DNA of 61,283 nucleotides from NCBI GenBank assembly GCA_018396975.1, contig JAGTQA010000014.1, positions 1-61,283 of the forward strand. The letters run 5' to 3'. Positions within the stretch are counted from its first letter, which is position 1. Every line of letters starts with the position of its first letter. This stretch comes from Candidatus Bathyarchaeota archaeon. GTDB lineage: Archaea; Thermoproteota; Bathyarchaeia; Bathyarchaeales; DTEX01. Positions 58,684-61,283 of this stretch are shown here, piece after piece. Under the pieces are notes generated by a model. The model was not told the DNA's origin. It searched no databases and saw nothing but the letters and a program-made list of their open reading frames with translations. The position numbers and the translations under genes are program-made.

Positions 58684-59038
58684 AAATCTTTAGCGACTAG
58701 TAAGTCTTCTCATACTTCTATGTTTAGAAAGGTTCACACGAGGAAGCCTATGAGGAAAGTTAGGCATGCTATTCCAAGACTTATCATAATCATTTCTAGG
58801 AATCTTCTTTTAAAAGCAAATCCTTCATTATAGAAGGATATAAAGTGAATAGAAAGATGAGTATTACCGTTTGTTAATGTCAAGCTTATGCACATATAAT
58901 TTCGGCAAGAAATAGTAATATTAGAAAAGAAATAGAGCTTTCTCATGCGAATCCTCATTTCCCTATTTCTTCTAAAATTTTAGGTTCTTATCCGAGGGCA
59001 TCGGAAATAAATAATGCCATTCAACACTTTAGAACCGA

Positions 59039-59590
59039 TTAAAAATCATCACCAATAAAGAGTTTCTCCCAAATTTTATCACGTTTACTTACAAATATAA
59101 TTATGAGAATGGCGACTAATATTGTTTGAATTATTAGGGTTGCTCTCTCAGTTCCTCCTAGAAAATAGCATATTGGACTCGATGAAATTTTATTTGGTGT
59201 TGTAAGTGGCCAGAATAGCGGGTTATAATCGTGATTTGCATAATCTAACAGTATGTGGGAGATATTGCCGAGCAGACATGATATAGCAAGTGAAGATGAA
59301 AACTTACATTTCTCTTTAGCTTCAACTAACTTAACTGGGAAAAATGCGCTAATTAAAAGAGGATAGAAATAAATTGTTACTGCCAAAGAAGCCACTGTTC
59401 CTACAGTTACCGCCCCAACCAAACTATGAAGTATAAGTCTAGACCTTCCTTCAAATCCAAAAATAATTGATAGAATTGGGACTTCAATGTCTGGAAACAT
59501 TGAGCCTACAATTAAACCCGGCAAAACGAGTCTTCTATCAACCTTATAAATAAGGTAAGCTAAAGAGTAATGAAGCGGAGTTAGAGGCAA
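59039..59590 (-). CDS. Polytopic membrane protein (DUF4184/YdjM-like metal-dependent hydrolase?)
   Basis: MPLTPLHYSLAY N-terminus and a conserved-looking HILLDYANHD. Family name is recalled only. Confidence 0.35.
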   Translation of the reverse strand: MPLTPLHYSLAYLIYKVDRRLVLPGLIVGSMFPDIEVPILSIIFGFEGRSRLILHSLVGAVTVGTVASLAVTIYFYPLLISAFFPVKLVEAKEKCKFSSSLAISCLLGNISHILLDYANHDYNPLFWPLTTPNKISSSPICYFLGGTERATLIIQTILVAILIIIFVSKRDKIWEKLFIGDDF

Positions 59591-59836
59591 CTAGCCGTAG
59601 CCTCCAGAAATAAACCTTGCATCTCCTACTCTAAGTTGAAGTTTGTTCACCAATGGTGAAGCTCCCCAATCAATATATGTCTCAGAACAATCAGTTATTA
59701 GAATCTTTTACTAATTGAGCCAGCTTCCTATAAATATAGTTAGTGCTCGGTAATCTCATTCTTCTGGGCTGCTATTGCCCCCTTAACGTCTTCTAACATA
59801 TTAGCCTCACTCTTAAAAAAGAAAATGAGGGGGTAA

Positions 59837-60151
59837 TTATGGTGGGGTGATTTTTATTGCTTGTGTTGGGCATTGGGTCTCACATGCTAAGCACTGTATG
59901 CACTCAGACTCCCTAACCGGGTCCGACTTCTTCTCTGAGACCGGGTGGCCGGGTGTTTCAGCCCACTCATATAGGCCTACTGGACAGACGTCAATGCATG
60001 TTCCACAGCCTTCGCATACATCCCAATCAACGGCAACATTCGTTCCATGGATTCCAAGTTTTGTTGGAGGCTCAACTGGTCCCCAAACGGCATGCCCCTT
60101 ATGATCGCCAACTATCTTCCTATTCTTCTGAAAGTCTGGGTCTATCGGCAT
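59837..60151 (-). CDS. zfx: Zinc-containing 7Fe/8Fe ferredoxin (Sulfolobus Zfx type)
   Basis: N-terminal extension IDPDFQKNRKIVGDHKGHAVWGPVEPPTKLGIHGT, followed by C..C..C...CP and C..C..C...CP clusters and a ...KITPP end. Closely resembles the Sulfolobus zinc ferredoxin as I recall it. Confidence 0.85.
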   Translation of the reverse strand: MPIDPDFQKNRKIVGDHKGHAVWGPVEPPTKLGIHGTNVAVDWDVCEGCGTCIDVCPVGLYEWAETPGHPVSEKKSDPVRESECIQCLACETQCPTQAIKITPP

Positions 60152-60219
60152 AGGAGTCACCACCAAAATACTCTAAATGGACAGAGTATATTAGCGTTAT
60201 TCATTTATCTCCCACTTCT

Positions 60220-61146
60220 CTACGGTTCACTTTCTAACATAACCGTTAACCTAAGTCTTCTTAACCCCCTTAGGATCACTACATCACACTCACAGCCATG
60301 CCTCTTCTCAGCCAAAATCCTCTGAAGATCCTCCATACTATTAATCCGTTTTCCATCAAACTCAAGAATTATGTCGCCCCGCTCAATTCCAGCCTTATCA
60401 GCCGGACTTCCAGGCGTGACTCTAACAACTAGCGCTCCACGCTCAACTGGCAGTCCATAGTGTTCAGCAATCTGCCTATTCACGGTTACGCCAGCTATAC
60501 CAAGCCAAGGTTTCATATATGAACCATACATTATTATTTCTCTGGCAACCTCTTTGGCGGCATTTATCGGTATTGCGAAACCAATCCCCTGAGCGAATGG
60601 AATTATAGCCGTATTTATCGCGATAACTTCACCATCAATATTAATAAGTGGGCCGCCGGAGTTCCCGGGGTTTATGGCGGCATCTGTTTGGACAAGATCC
60701 CTAAAAATTCCTCTCTCGGAATGAATTGTTCTCCTTAGGGCGCTTATAACTCCGGATGTAACTGTGGGGCCGCCTGCCAATCCGAAGGGGTTCCCTATTG
60801 CAAAGACCCTTTGCCCAACCCTCAGCTTATCGGAGTCGCCGAGATTAGCGACGGCCAGATTCTCCGCATCTATCTTCAAGACTGCTATGTCCAGCCCCCT
60901 ATATGCCCCAATAAGTCTAGCCTCAAAAACTCGTCCATCAGCCAAGGTCACGACTATTTTCCCAGCGCCCTCAACAACATGATAATTTGTTAATATATAG
61001 CCCCTCTCATCAAATATAAAGCCGGAGCCAATGCCCTCAACCGGAACAACCTGATAGAAGAAGTCATAAAAGACTCTTAAAGTGTTAATGTTCACTACAC
61101 TTTTACTAGCCTTCTCAATAACCTCAACAATCTTATCCTCACTCAT
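60220..61146 (-). CDS. HtrA/DegP-family serine protease with PDZ domain
   Basis: TNYHVV (His), DIAVLK (Asp), GNSGGPL (Ser), C-terminal PDZ (GDIILEFDG). Start set at MSEDKIV. Confidence 0.88.
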   Translation of the reverse strand: MSEDKIVEVIEKASKSVVNINTLRVFYDFFYQVVPVEGIGSGFIFDERGYILTNYHVVEGAGKIVVTLADGRVFEARLIGAYRGLDIAVLKIDAENLAVANLGDSDKLRVGQRVFAIGNPFGLAGGPTVTSGVISALRRTIHSERGIFRDLVQTDAAINPGNSGGPLINIDGEVIAINTAIIPFAQGIGFAIPINAAKEVAREIIMYGSYMKPWLGIAGVTVNRQIAEHYGLPVERGALVVRVTPGSPADKAGIERGDIILEFDGKRINSMEDLQRILAEKRHGCECDVVILRGLRRLRLTVMLESEP

Positions 61147-61219
61147 GGCAACACCCCCAAACCTAATAATAAACCGCAAAATATAATTATCGCAAAGAAC
61201 CGAATAAAGTACTAGATGC

Positions 61220-61283
61220 GCGGGGGTGGCAGAGCTAGGTCAAACAAATAAGCTGGACTACATGCGCGGAGCATGCGAAATCA
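61220..61283 (+). tRNA. tRNA-like 5' portion (acceptor + D-loop consensus), non-canonical or interrupted, truncated by window end
   Basis: GCGGGGG-U-G-GCAG-AGCUAGGUCAAA matches a type-II-like tRNA 5' end. The expected D-stem 3' strand does not follow directly. An AT-rich box (61178-61188) lies ~30 nt upstream. Confidence 0.3.

Noticed and set aside
58734-58958. 74-aa ORF in the AT-rich gap
   Set aside because: It is a low-complexity, AT-driven sequence with no RBS. It probably arises by chance in AT-rich DNA.

Overview
Densely packed chromosomal segment from an archaeon. Gene content points to a TACK/Thermoproteota-like lineage: separate Kae1 and Bud32, a Sulfolobus-type zinc ferredoxin, TiaS, prefoldin, L40e and RFC small and large subunits. 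About 65 protein genes are supported. They cover replication (RFC-S/RFC-L, a divergent PriS-like AEP primase, two full-length ATP-dependent DNA ligases), [NiFe]-hydrogenase maturation (hypA, Mrp/MinD-type hypB, hypE, hypD), Leloir genes (galK, galT) behind an ECF transporter module, tungsten AOR plus a ferredoxin-like subunit, the KEOPS-ITPase-L40e operon, redox genes (TrxR, peroxiredoxin, Zn-ferredoxin), transketolase, split lipoate ligase, and membrane proteases (rhomboid, presenilin-like, HtrA). I saw no rRNA, CRISPR array, transposase or integrase. The items most worth follow-up are: (1) a 150-nt, 59-bp rod-like hairpin at 50065-50215 that looks like a discrete structured-RNA gene of no family I recognise; (2) a full-size intein with an apparently degenerate LAGLIDADG domain, inside a 3-Cys DUF5131/phage-Gp37-like protein; (3) next to it, a divergent AEP primase with no Zn stem and a ~200-aa C-terminal extension, the two genes together interrupting the hyp gene set; (4) a bipartite ~40-nt intergenic motif present three times; (5) small genes below the ORF-track cutoff (L40e, a 42-aa Zn-ribbon protein). 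All functional calls rest on motif recognition by eye, since no searches could be run.
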